Shown here in pieces: positions 48,501 to 60,500 of a stretch of 64,000 nucleotides of DNA. The notes under the pieces are model-generated. The model was not told where the DNA came from. It worked only from the letters and a program-made list of their open reading frames with translations, and did no database searches. The position numbers and the translations under genes were made by a program. This DNA comes from Takakia lepidozioides (lineage: Eukaryota; Plantae; Bryophyta): NCBI GenBank assembly GCA_030704615.1, contig CM060732.1, positions 56,172,001-56,236,000 of the forward strand. The letters are read 5' to 3'. How positions within the stretch are numbered: position 1 is the stretch's first letter; every line of letters begins with the position of its first letter.

Positions 48501-51500
48501 TTCCTTCTTTTTTCCTTCCCTGGATAGTCTGGCTTAGGACAAAAATTTGGTCAATGCAGCCCCTACATCTCCGGAAGCCCGCTTGACCTTCATGGAAAAC
48601 ACTTCTAGACTCAAATCAACCTCAAGATGGGTGCGTATTGTCCTACGAAATAGCTTGCCAACCGCGCTCAGAAACATAATGCCACGGTAGTTCCCAGGCT
48701 CTTCTCTCACACCTTTGACACCGTCCCTCCAACGAAAGGGTACAATTTCAGTCCTCCAACTAAGGTTAAAGAGGAGGGCAAGGGCCTATACCATAGGATC
48801 GCCACAATGCTTTATTAGCTCATTGACAATGCCATCAATCCCACCAGCTTTTAGCCTGTCTAGTTCTTCAGAAATCTCAGAAGAACTAATGGGTTCAGAG
48901 AGAGGGCAATAGGGAACAGATACCTGCCAGCTCCAGCTCCACCTTCAATAATGTATAGTTTTTCACTCATTGCTGGCGAACACACCCCCACTGAAGAAAT
49001 CAGTATATAAATACAATCAAGTATGCCACCCTAGTCTGAAAATCAGACACTATATTAGACACAGATGAAGAAACGAAATGAAACGGAATGGTACTTTGAA
49101 TGGAAGAGAATGAACTATTGTTCGAGTGATTGTCTAAGGGTCAGTGGCTCGTGCAGGTAAGCTGCCAAGCATTTATGATCTTCATAGTGACAGACTTCAG
49201 TGAGAGATTGGGTTCCACGGAATAGACAGTGGAGTCTCCCACGGATCTCATAGTATAGAGGGCAATAGAAGAAGAAGTGTTCTGTGGGTTTGGGCATGCT
49301 ACAAGGGATTTACCTCCACAAATTTTCTCAGTTCAACTATTGACTTCCTCCATATCCCTATCATCGCAAGGGTACCAACTCTATAATGCTAAGCCACTTT
49401 GGTGGGTGAAACACCAACCCATGCTAACTATCACAGCTACACAAGGGCCTACTCCTGACAACGGTGAAATTGAGCTTATAATCTCTAGACCTGCTCTTGG
49501 CAGTTGACATAAAGAATCAGGTCATGTACCTGAGAGAACGGCTCCCGCTCGATTGAGAGCATTATCTGACCCAGCCGCCATAATCTGAACCTCACATCAC
49601 AGCCAACCCAATAAGTCCCTGTTTTTAAGTCATTGAGCTAACTCTTGTTTTATAAATGGGTTGAATGGGACTCTTAGAAGCAGAAAGAGAACAGTGAGGA
49701 TATCTGTTCTCTTGGGCAAACCCACCGTAAGGGTCCCATTCGCGGCTTTAGTGACACCACCTGAGACTGGAGCATCCACCAACAACAAATCTCGTCCCTC
49801 CCCTGCCAGTAAACAGACATTAGACACACTAGGAGAATGTACTCAATGAAATCATGCTTTGTTGTATACAGATGCCATACACTTCGGGTGCTTCACCCAC
49901 AAGATGTAGTTCTGGATGGATCTGACACAATATGTCTATGTCAAAATTCTGCACACTAAGTCTCTAACCATATTAACATGGAGGAACAAGTACAGCTGAG
50001 AGAGTGAGAGTTTGGTAGCCAACCTGCCAGGCTGATTTCAAGCCGTCTGACATAGTCAGGTGATACAGTGGAACACAACACCACCACAGTCCCCCTTGCC
50101 AATGCTGCAAGTATCGGCCACACTCATAGATTTACTTGCAAATACTCCATCTCCAGAACAATACGAGTATTTACCACAAGTTCATATTGTGAATGTAATA
50201 ATTGCATTGAGCTCATAAAAAGTAACACTCTAAAGGAGAAAGAAATGTCTCCTCTGAATAATACCATGCGACGCCTTTCCATACCACATTATACTGGTAT
50301 GTAAATACCATACCCTGGATACATAGTACATCACTGCCATACAGCATTTCACATCATGTACATACATCCAGTGTCAGACTGTTCAATAGGTCATCTGGAC
50401 AAAGTCGACGTAAAAGAGCTGGTATAAACGCTGGTGCCTACCACTAGGGCCAGGCTCACTCAAGAAGTGGACACTCCTTACTATTACTACTCTGCTCTTG
50501 CATAGACTCTCAAGCTCCCTGGATACCAGCTTTAGCAAGGCAATGCCACTGGCCACAGCTGTGCTTACCATGTTGCATAGCCTCTGAGAAACTAGAAGAA
50601 ACCATACCTGAAACAGCTCCCTGATGTCCATAAAGAACGCTCTGCGCCTGGTCTTGGTTCGTGACCATCAGCACCACCACTCGGGCACCTGCACAGCCAT
50701 TTGTAACCAAGATTAGGTGGCTACTCGAACATGTGGTTAGCGTAGGCCATGGTGACATTTAGTCTGTAATTGAGATGCTACCACAAACATTGCTTGAGTT
50801 CATATCACAATATGTTAAGTATTACCTTGCACTGCCTCTTCGGGACAAGAGCTGGCCAATCCACCAGCTTTCAGAAACCTTGACATGGATGGCTCATAAA
50901 CCTGCAAATATCAGCATCCCCACCCTGTCTGCTCTATTACAAGCTCTTTATTGATTGTGACTCTCCTTGGGTCTTAAATTTGTGGCTAATTCCTGCATCA
51001 AAGTGAGACCTTTCTGAGATAATCTGGAGGGCCAACAATCTATTACGAGGTAGGTCCTGCTTCAGGAATGGTAGCAACCCTCATTCTCCTGCGTCATTCC
51101 TCCTTTTCCTTCCCTTTTCTGCTCCATCCCCACCCAGACCCCAGGTCTATGGCCACAAGGTTTTGAATGAAGTCTCTCAAGACTCTCATCGTTCTAAGGA
51201 AAAGCCTCCTCTCCAAGAGGGGATACTTATTACCCAGCCATGAAAGGGGGGTCACTGGGTCAACCTGTCATCTTCAGTTGGGTACCTAGGGAATTTCGAG
51301 TCCTTGGGGGAGGTTTGGGCAACCGCATAGCCCTGGTTAGAGACGTTAGAAGGTGTCCACCTTCCAAACGGAGGGCAGTAGCCCTTCAGGATGAAGCAAC
51401 ACCACAATTTATGCTTCTTTGGCAGGAGTCAACCTTCTTTCAAATGAATTGAAATGATACTATAAAACGTCCACAGGGAGAAAGACAGGCAGAGCTCAAG

Positions 51501-54500
51501 GTCAAGAACTTACATCGTAACCACAGACAGTAAATCTCTCATGCACAAGCCAGGAGGCCATGCCAAACCCCATGGCTCCTAACCCAATGAAGGCAACCTG
51601 TTGTGGTTCAGTTGTTCCTCCCTGTATCTGCCCTGCCATAAGCCCTGGAGACACATCTTTGGCATCCAATTTTGGAGTAGCAACACTTAAGCCCATGGCC
51701 TTCTCCCAGATCTGTAAAACAAAGTTCAAAGGTAATTGAGCCCCAATAGCAATCAGGCTACTCATTTCTACCTAGATTAAGTATTTGGATGCAAGCAACA
51801 ACAGGAAAGGTCAGTTCAGAGCACTACTGCAAACTCCCTGTTAATGCCAGACCTTATAATATTCATGTTTACTCTCCCTAATTTTCTGATGTATCTAATC
51901 TCCTTGAAAGGGTGTGATCAAGGATTTAATACGGAAAATGTCCTCATAAGCCATAGCCAGCATTAGCAAGGAAATGAAATGATACTCTATAACATCCGTG
52001 GAAAGCTCAACGAGCTTATGGGACAAGAGATTGCATGAAACAAGAAGGAGAGAGGGACCCTCCATGAGCAGCCCAAACACACTTACTGCTCAAGGAATTG
52101 TCTAAGAGTACGCATCATGCAGATATGCTGCTGAGCATTTCTGGTCCTCGGAATGGAACACCTCTGGGAGATTGGCTATCTCAGAATAGACAATAGTATC
52201 TCCCACAGATCTCATAGTGGAAGGACACTAAAAGAAGAAATGTTCTTCACTTGTATTGTCTCCCTGTATTGTCCCTGGCGCAAAGCGGGGCACAGGCGGA
52301 CCTCACATTGCAGGTTGTCCCACCTACCAGCCTATATCCGCAGACTGTGGGAGCCAACCCTAAATCCCAATGCACTAAAAAGAGAGGGAGATAGAGTTGC
52401 AGACAGGTAATTGGGCCGCAAGATTCTATTGTCACGGAGGACCAAGCATGTCTCCCGATAGAACAGCATTTCTGAGTCTGATAGAGGTTGTCAGGGCCCG
52501 GGCTGGTAGCCATTTGGGTGGTAGGGCTCACAACCTTGTTAGAAAGATTGTAAGCCGGAAGATGACGTCGGCTTGAAGTGGTACACATGCAAATTCCGCT
52601 TATAAAATCTGTAATGCTGTTGTACCTGCAGCGCCGAGCATTCCTCAGAGGGAAGATTGCAGTGGTTCCAGATTCTCCCACAACAGGGACACCAAGGGCC
52701 CAAAACTAACAGTCATAAGTGGCAGCAGGGGTGACGACCAAGTCAAAGAGCCATTTGGTGGGGGGGGTGGCCCAGGTGTATGTGTTTGAATTTAGCTTGA
52801 AGGCGTATGGAAGCCTTGCCCTTCGTCAATCTCTCAATAGCAGTTATCTCTGACAGTATTCATTTTCTGATACACTGTCCGGGGTTCTCTCACCAAAGAG
52901 ACGCTCTCTTCAAATCTATTAAGGGAATTGTGCCTGTACCCCTGTTTACCAACTTTGAAAGTCTCGAGGCTGAGCCAAAAGCCCAGGCCCTCCTGAGGCC
53001 TAGTTTTTGGGCAAATCACACACAGCAGATTGATGCTTGTGTGAAGGGATTTCTAGAGGATATCTGGAAAACCCGGATTAATTCTTTATATGGAGGTAAG
53101 TCTTACTACCAACGTCAGCCCCTGACAGAGGTAGGTTCTGTCCCTTTTGTTCCCGCTCAAACTGGGCGCGGGGTCAATGGCCACAAGGCTACGGCAAACA
53201 ACGTCTTATGAGTACAATCTCAATAGCAGTTAATGCAAACTGAAATTTTTTTGGCCATTGAAAACCATGATTTTGGTTTTGCTGAGTTTGACATGCAACC
53301 TGTAGCCTTTGGAGAAGTCTTCTCGGATGCGAAGGTGCTTTTATAGGAAGCCGGGGGATTGTACAAATAAGGCAACATTGAGAAGCACTGTTTGTGCTGG
53401 TCCCCTTTCCAAAGGCACCTCACTCCATTATTCTGTGCAATTCAATCCAAAGCATCTATGTAGATTCCAAGGGAGAGGGCAGCCCTGTTTGACCCCAATA
53501 TTGCTAAGCACATCTGCTGAGAATCCCCTGCAACGTTGACCATGCCAATGATGGTCTCGTACATGGATAAGGTGGCCAATATGATGTCTGGAGGGACCCC
53601 TGTCCTGTGTAATCTGCCCAGAAGGGCTGACTGAATCTAAAGTCTTTCCGAAGTCCTCGAAAGAAAGTAAGATTATATCGTCCACAGAGTGCAAAGGAAG
53701 CCTGGGACTCAAGTACCCAGGCCTAACTCCTTCCAACCATTCAGCCTGAGTCCCCAGTTTTCTATACCCCCTATGCTACATGATCTGGTGTGTAACGCAC
53801 ATCACTAGTGAGAGCTGACCAGACAAGGATATGGAATTCGTATTCACCTTCACAATGGCAGCATCATCCTCATGTCCATAACCGCACACAGACCCTGTAA
53901 GGCACCACATTTTACATTGAAGGGCATGACATCATGTCTGGCAACAAATCACTGTTAACTCTAGAGAGGGAAGTAGTATGAGAGCAATGACTCTGATACG
54001 CTATTAACTGTATCCTTGTTGTTGCATAGTCTTGTTCCATAAGCTTCTTGGGCTGCTTCTGGATATAACATATTACTTTATTTCCTCTTCGTTCAGGGTA
54101 CAACATGCACTTCTAAATGTTGCAGTACTGGAGGGCAGAGGGTGTAACAATTACCAAGAAGAAACTGCTGATGGGCTGCTGATGCAAGAGGGAGGGGAAA
54201 GCGGAGCACTTTGGCCTCTTCCAATATGATGTCCTACAGCCAACCCATGCACCAAAAAATTCATCCAGTGTCCCAAATCAGGAAGCACACACACCAAGGG
54301 ACCCATGCAATAAGGGCCAGAAGTCTTACAAAGTCTTTGATAATAATATCCAGGGCAGATGCCGGAGCGTAATCTGCATCCAGCATACGAGGCACCCGGT
54401 CCACAAATGCCCTGTCCATACTCAAGAAAGAACCACATATTTTCCAAAGCCATGAAACTGAAAAGATTTCCATCACAATGACACCTCTGCAATATCCAAA

Positions 54501-57500
54501 CTGTAGTATGAGGTAGATCTTGGTTTGTTCTACCTTGTCCCATGGACCCTCATGGCCATTTGTGGGCATGAAAAAGTATCATTTCGTTTATATTTCTTCC
54601 CCACTTTGTCCCATGACATTATAAAGTTTCTATGACTCTTTCTGTTCGTCTTTCATTATGAGACAGAGAGAAACGCTGGCAGCATACTTGCATGAGTCTC
54701 TCCACCTCAGAGAGTCTCTTGATGTGGAATACTTGTTTTTGGGCTACTTGTTGAGGACCCCAGTTCCTTCTTTTCTCGTACTTTCTTGGCCCACAAGCTC
54801 TTTGACCTTCTAGTGGACATTATGAAGTTCCACTGCTTTCCTTTCCTATCTTCTTCTTCTTCTTCTTCTCTTCTCAGTGATCTTTTTTTATTGTGTCAAG
54901 CATAATTGCCACTTGATGCGTCAATCAAAATCTACCTGTCCTCAGCTGGTATGGTTGGAAATGTCATACCAGGAGCTTCCTGCAGCATTTGATATGATAT
55001 TGAAAAGGGTACGAGTGTTGATGCCTGCCTGTGCACCCAACACCATCGCTTCTGCTGCTGCCGCAAGATGGATCCCACACAGCAAGTTGTTCACTAGCTT
55101 CACTTTACTGCCACCAGCAAGGCCATTATGAGACTTTGGCTGGCTGAATAAGTCCTTAATACATTTCACAATAAGAAAGCCTATTCTGATGACCATAATG
55201 AGAAGGCTTGAACAAGCAAAAGCAAACAGCAACACACCAGCACCAACTCCTGTTACATATCCCAATATATGCTACTGGTCTGCTGAGGTAATACATGTCA
55301 GTGCATTTCTACCCCTGGAAGGTGGACTGCAACTGCATCTGAAGGAAATTTGACTAGTTTTAACTTCTCAGCAGCTGTTCTCTGCTCTCACAGTTCTGCC
55401 AGCACTGCAGCTACATGAGGAACTTGGAGGCAGATAAACAAACACCGTGACAGTTGGTGGCTTTAGTGATAACTCGTGATGTATCCTAAAAACAAGACTT
55501 TGTATGACAACACCTAAGGTTGTTAGATCAAGAAGAAACATACCTGCCTGAACCAGTGCCGCCCTCAATAATGTACAATTTATCACTCAATGCTGTCCAA
55601 AACACACAGTTTTCTTCAGTGCAGGGCGCTACCTGACCAAACTGATTTCAGCAAACATAATGACATGCAAGGGTTCCACCTTTCCTAAACAAGACTGATG
55701 TTTACATCAGCTCGACCTTGCCTGAGCTAGGCAACCCTGGGAATGCTCTCTGGACAAGTAAATGTCTCTACTTAGGACAGATCCAAATTAAAGTTTGGGG
55801 TTTAAGGGTGGGACACATTCTCAGAGGTACATTTGGACATATTCGTCAAGGAAGCTGAAGCAAATTACATACCATTAAGGACAGGCCTCGCTCTTTCTAT
55901 GGCGTGCTCGGGCCCAGCTGCCATAGCCTGCAGAATCAAAAAGTCGGATTTAAGCTATGGCGATGACGAAGTCACTTGGCTAGTGAGAGAACAGTGGAGT
56001 TGTAGGCCCTAGTTGTAAGTAGTCTGGGTGTTCCATTCTGGGTCCCATAAGGTCTCCAAGCTTCTATGGACAGTTCATTCAGACATTACAAAAGTAACAT
56101 TACATTTCTGCACCCCAAACATTAGAATGCCCCAACTTGCATTTTTACATATGACTGGAATGATATGAGGTTCACCGCTATATTTTCCATGACTAAGATT
56201 TTTTTCATTTCCTCGAATTCACCAAGAAGGAGGTTCACAAGGTATCATACCGTCAATTTTCCAGCAGCAGCTTTTACTGGCCCTCCAGAGATGGGCGCAT
56301 CCACAAGTAAGAGGCCCCGCTCTTCCGCTGAGAAGTCATCGGTTCACATGACTAAGCATAAATCACACCTTCTTAGGGGATTGAGGTAACATTCAGCTCC
56401 ACCAAACTAGGCTCTCTAGCGTTAGGAGAACATTGGCTAAGGTCTACTATCGAGTAGGATGATGTCTGAAAGTGTACTTGCTATTTTGCAAAGGCTCTGC
56501 CGTCCTCACTATACAAGAGGTTTAACTAATCCTCTCTGACTAAACTAATACAAGGCCTGCAAAGAGTTACAAATTAGACAGATGGTATATATGAAGCAGT
56601 TGATGATGCAACACATGCCTGACAACCGTTTCTCCAAGCTTTGAACGTAGGCAGGAGATACTGTAGAGCAGACGATGAATGTAGTCCCGTCAGCTGCCAC
56701 TGCAGTGCATTTTCACAGAGATCTACCGTCACATTGCATGCAGAAGGCTTCCAGATTCTTTCATCGCGTAGATGAAAGGGGAAATATAACAGGCAAAAGA
56801 GGACAATGGCCCAGAAGAAATGAAATGAAATGAAATGGTGCTTTATAACATCCACGGAAAGCTCATAGAGCTTATGGGACAAAATGGAAGAAAACATGAG
56901 AGAGGAAACAAAACCAGAGCCAGAAGAAAGAAATTACATCCATAAGAGGACCAGAAATGAAATGAGGGTGGGAGAAAGAAAGGTCAATACCTGATACAAC
57001 CCCATTTGTACCATAAAGAGCATCATCAACTTGGCTGGAATTGACCACTGCCAGCACCACTAATGCTGCACCTGCTCTCATTCAATGAGACCATAACATC
57101 TTTAGCACCAGCATATCCCCAAAACATTTCCACGATGCAAAAACAACTGTCAGAAATCAGAAGTGGAGACTTCCAAGTAATCAGCTCTGTGAAACCCTTT
57201 CTACAGGGATGCCCATTACCAACACATTCAGACAGGACTTCTTGAAATAGGGAGTGAAATACTCCATTAAAAGAGAGGAAACTTTTCAGCTGGCTGTTGT
57301 TCATTAGATGATGCTTTTGCTTCCAATGATATGGCTATGTTTTCCACATGCAGTGCCTTTAATGGATTACAGGTGTCTTGTTCCAATGTCCATGGCGCCT
57401 AGTATTAATGATTACTGCATTAACATACTGCACCTTGTCCACAAAGACCATTCCCATACACAGACCACACGTCCCAAAAATTGTTATGCTCAATTGCAAA

Positions 57501-60500
57501 TTCCGTAGAGAGGAGAGATGAGATGTGCAATGGAGCAACGAGCAGAGCGGAATTGGATATCATTGCTCCACCACCAACGTGGTATGGGGCAAAACTCAAA
57601 TTTCTCCCACATGAGGGTACATTTATTGCACACATACACCACAAGATTCAGCATAGTTTGCAATTGCCAGTCTCGGGCTCCATTTTGGGGTCAACCGTCC
57701 TACATTTTGGTGCCTTTGATGCTTCACTACGGCCAAATCTTCATAGGACATTGACGGCATACCTTGTGCTGCCTCTGCAGGGCTGCTGCTGCCAGTGCCA
57801 CCAACCTCACAAAAGCGCAACATTGCAGGCTCATAGACCTGCATACACAGATTTGTTCCTCATCCAATCTCTGGCTAGAATGAAGGTACATGTTGACACC
57901 CAAATGCAGGCTATGAGATAGCAACAAGAGCATAATCCCTAGAGGATACTAACCTGCTGTAGTCAGTTAAGGCGTTCACATATCATGGTGCTACTCAACC
58001 CAAAATCTCTGTGCACAGCCAACGACTACAGCTTCACCTGTCGACAGAATTAACCCTAGAGCTACTTCTGAAGAGTGATGTTTAGATACCGGCCTTGTCA
58101 TGGACTGGGTGTTTATTTTTAGGACTAACTGTGCCATCCAGTAGAAAGCAAGATGTTGCTGTCAGCACACTACTATATGCCCCTACCTTACACAAACATG
58201 ACAGAGGGGGCAGTGGTTCCATTTCCACATTGGTCACAAAAGATACAAGCAAAACTTTACAATGCCCATGGGGGATTCGAGGGCCCATGGGACAAATAGA
58301 ACAACAGGAAGGAAAGAAGAAAAAGAGAGGTGTGGAATTGCATGATAACTAGCCCTGGTGGAAGTCCTTGACAGAGCAGTTTAGCGGACTTCATTAGCAC
58401 AATCATTATCACTACCTATAATCCGACATGTTACCATCCTTTTCTAATTTTCTTTGGCAATCAAAATTTTAGCTCCTATCAACATCAACACTCCTCAAGG
58501 TGATTCCTGGGAATTGGTTACTTATGCCAAATCTAGGGCTTCATGTGTAGTTTTTGGAGTGAATCCCAGGATGGACAATGTGTCCTTTAAAACTACATGC
58601 TCTAGCTTAGGCTTGGATATCATGGCTAATTGCCGGCAACCGCCAATATAGGCGGTCGCTTAATTTAATAAAATATTAAATTACAAGCAAACGCCAATAT
58701 GGGTGGTCGCTTGATTTAAAAAATAATAATTTTTAAGCGTCCGTATTTTTGGGCGGACGTATTTTTTCAAATAAATTAATAAATTTTAATAATTGGCCAC
58801 GTCTGTCTCGAGACTTGATAACAGGGTACGTTGAAGGTTGCAATGACCAAAAGTGCTTCTAATAGAGTCCCACATCAATTCAATCTCAAAGAAGTTCGTC
58901 CCTTGACTGGCTGGAGAGCGGTCTTAGACATTGGTGATTCAATGGGGCGCTCTAGGAAGACAACCAAGGGCAACAACTTCAACTTGAGAGTTTCTAATCG
59001 GTTTGATGCTCTGGATGAGGTTGAATCCAAACAGCCAGAAGGACAAGATGCCCCTAAGTGTACGGAACCTGAACGTCCTGAATCTGAAGGATTTGGTACT
59101 CTGAATGGTTTACCAATCCTCAAGGTTTACACAAGACGAACAAATTCTATACACGGGGTAATTGTCCCCAAGCAGTCTGACGGACAATCTGTCCCTATGT
59201 GTGCGGAGCCTGTGCGTCGTGTAACTGAAGGATTTGGTACCCTGAATGGTTTACCAATTCTCAAAGTTTACACAAGACGAGCAAAATCTACACATGGGGT
59301 AACTGTCCCCCCTTTGCAGAACGGTTGGCCGTCCAGAAGCAATCACAAGCTACCTAGACGACAAACAATTCACATTCAAAGGGCTGGCTTGCGGCTGGCC
59401 ACTTTCAACTTCTCAGGGTTGACCAACCAAAGGAAACAACTCGAAGTGGGACAAGTTCTTCGGACTAATGATATTCATATCTGTGCTGGGCAAGAAACAT
59501 GGGAAACGTCGGATAAACTGGTTGGAGATGTCAATGGTTATAAATGGGCAGGTAAGATGTGTACTCTCAAGGCAGCCTCTGCCAAACGCGGTGAAAAAGG
59601 GGTTGGATTCTTTGTCCATGATTTCTTGTTTGACAATTGTGAAATTATCAACAAGGGTTTGAGGTACGAGCATAGTATCTGGCTAAAACTGAATCTGAAG
59701 GGCGGCATGAGTACGAAGGACCTCTTTGTGGGTTGTGTTTACATGCCCACAGAGGGGACCCTTAGTGCTGACGCAGACAAAGCCTTCGAAGATGTAAAGC
59801 TGGACTGTGCTTCGTTCCTTGCCAAAGGTCAGGTGGTGCTATTGGGTGACTTCAATGCCCGGGTGGGCAAAGGGCTCCATCAGGACGATATCATTGGGCC
59901 TTTTGGTGAGGACGAGCTGAATTCTAATGGCAGACGGTTAATTAACTGTCTAGAAGAGCTTCAGCTTTTGACCTTGAATAACAGGACAAGAGGTGACCAA
60001 GTGCAGTGGACTCGTGAGAAATCCCAAACTGGGGAACGTTCCATTGTGGACTATATCACAATGGACAAAAATTTGTTCCCCCAGTGTGCCAATGTGTTGA
60101 TCGACAGAACTGATATTGGTACCTCTGACCACTTCCTGGTTTGGACTGAGATCAAAAGGTGTTTTCCCAACACCAAGAGATCTGTGAAACGTTCGATTCG
60201 GAAGTGGCGCATAGAAAAATTCCATAATGAGGAGGTCAAGGCTGAGTACGTCCAGGCCTTGCAAGAGGCTCTCCCTCATTTTGTCCAATCGCTCCAAGAA
60301 CTTCAGTCTCGCTCTGATAACGCAAGAAATGAAGTCGAAAGAGCAGTAGACTCTTGGGAGAGTTTCGTTTCCTCCGTGGCTGACAAGATCATTGGGAGGA
60401 AACTAATTGTCTGCGGTCGAGCTGTTAATTGGTGGACCAATGAGATTAAACTCAAGATAGCTGAGAGACGAGCCCTCTATAAAGAGTGCTGCAATTTGAA

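Noticed and set aside
55225-55290. Exon GYVTGVGAG of the dehydrogenase
   Set aside because: The true exon is 55592-55544 (ALSDKLYIIEGGTGSG), which has the right phase and the same 49-nt length as its paralog.
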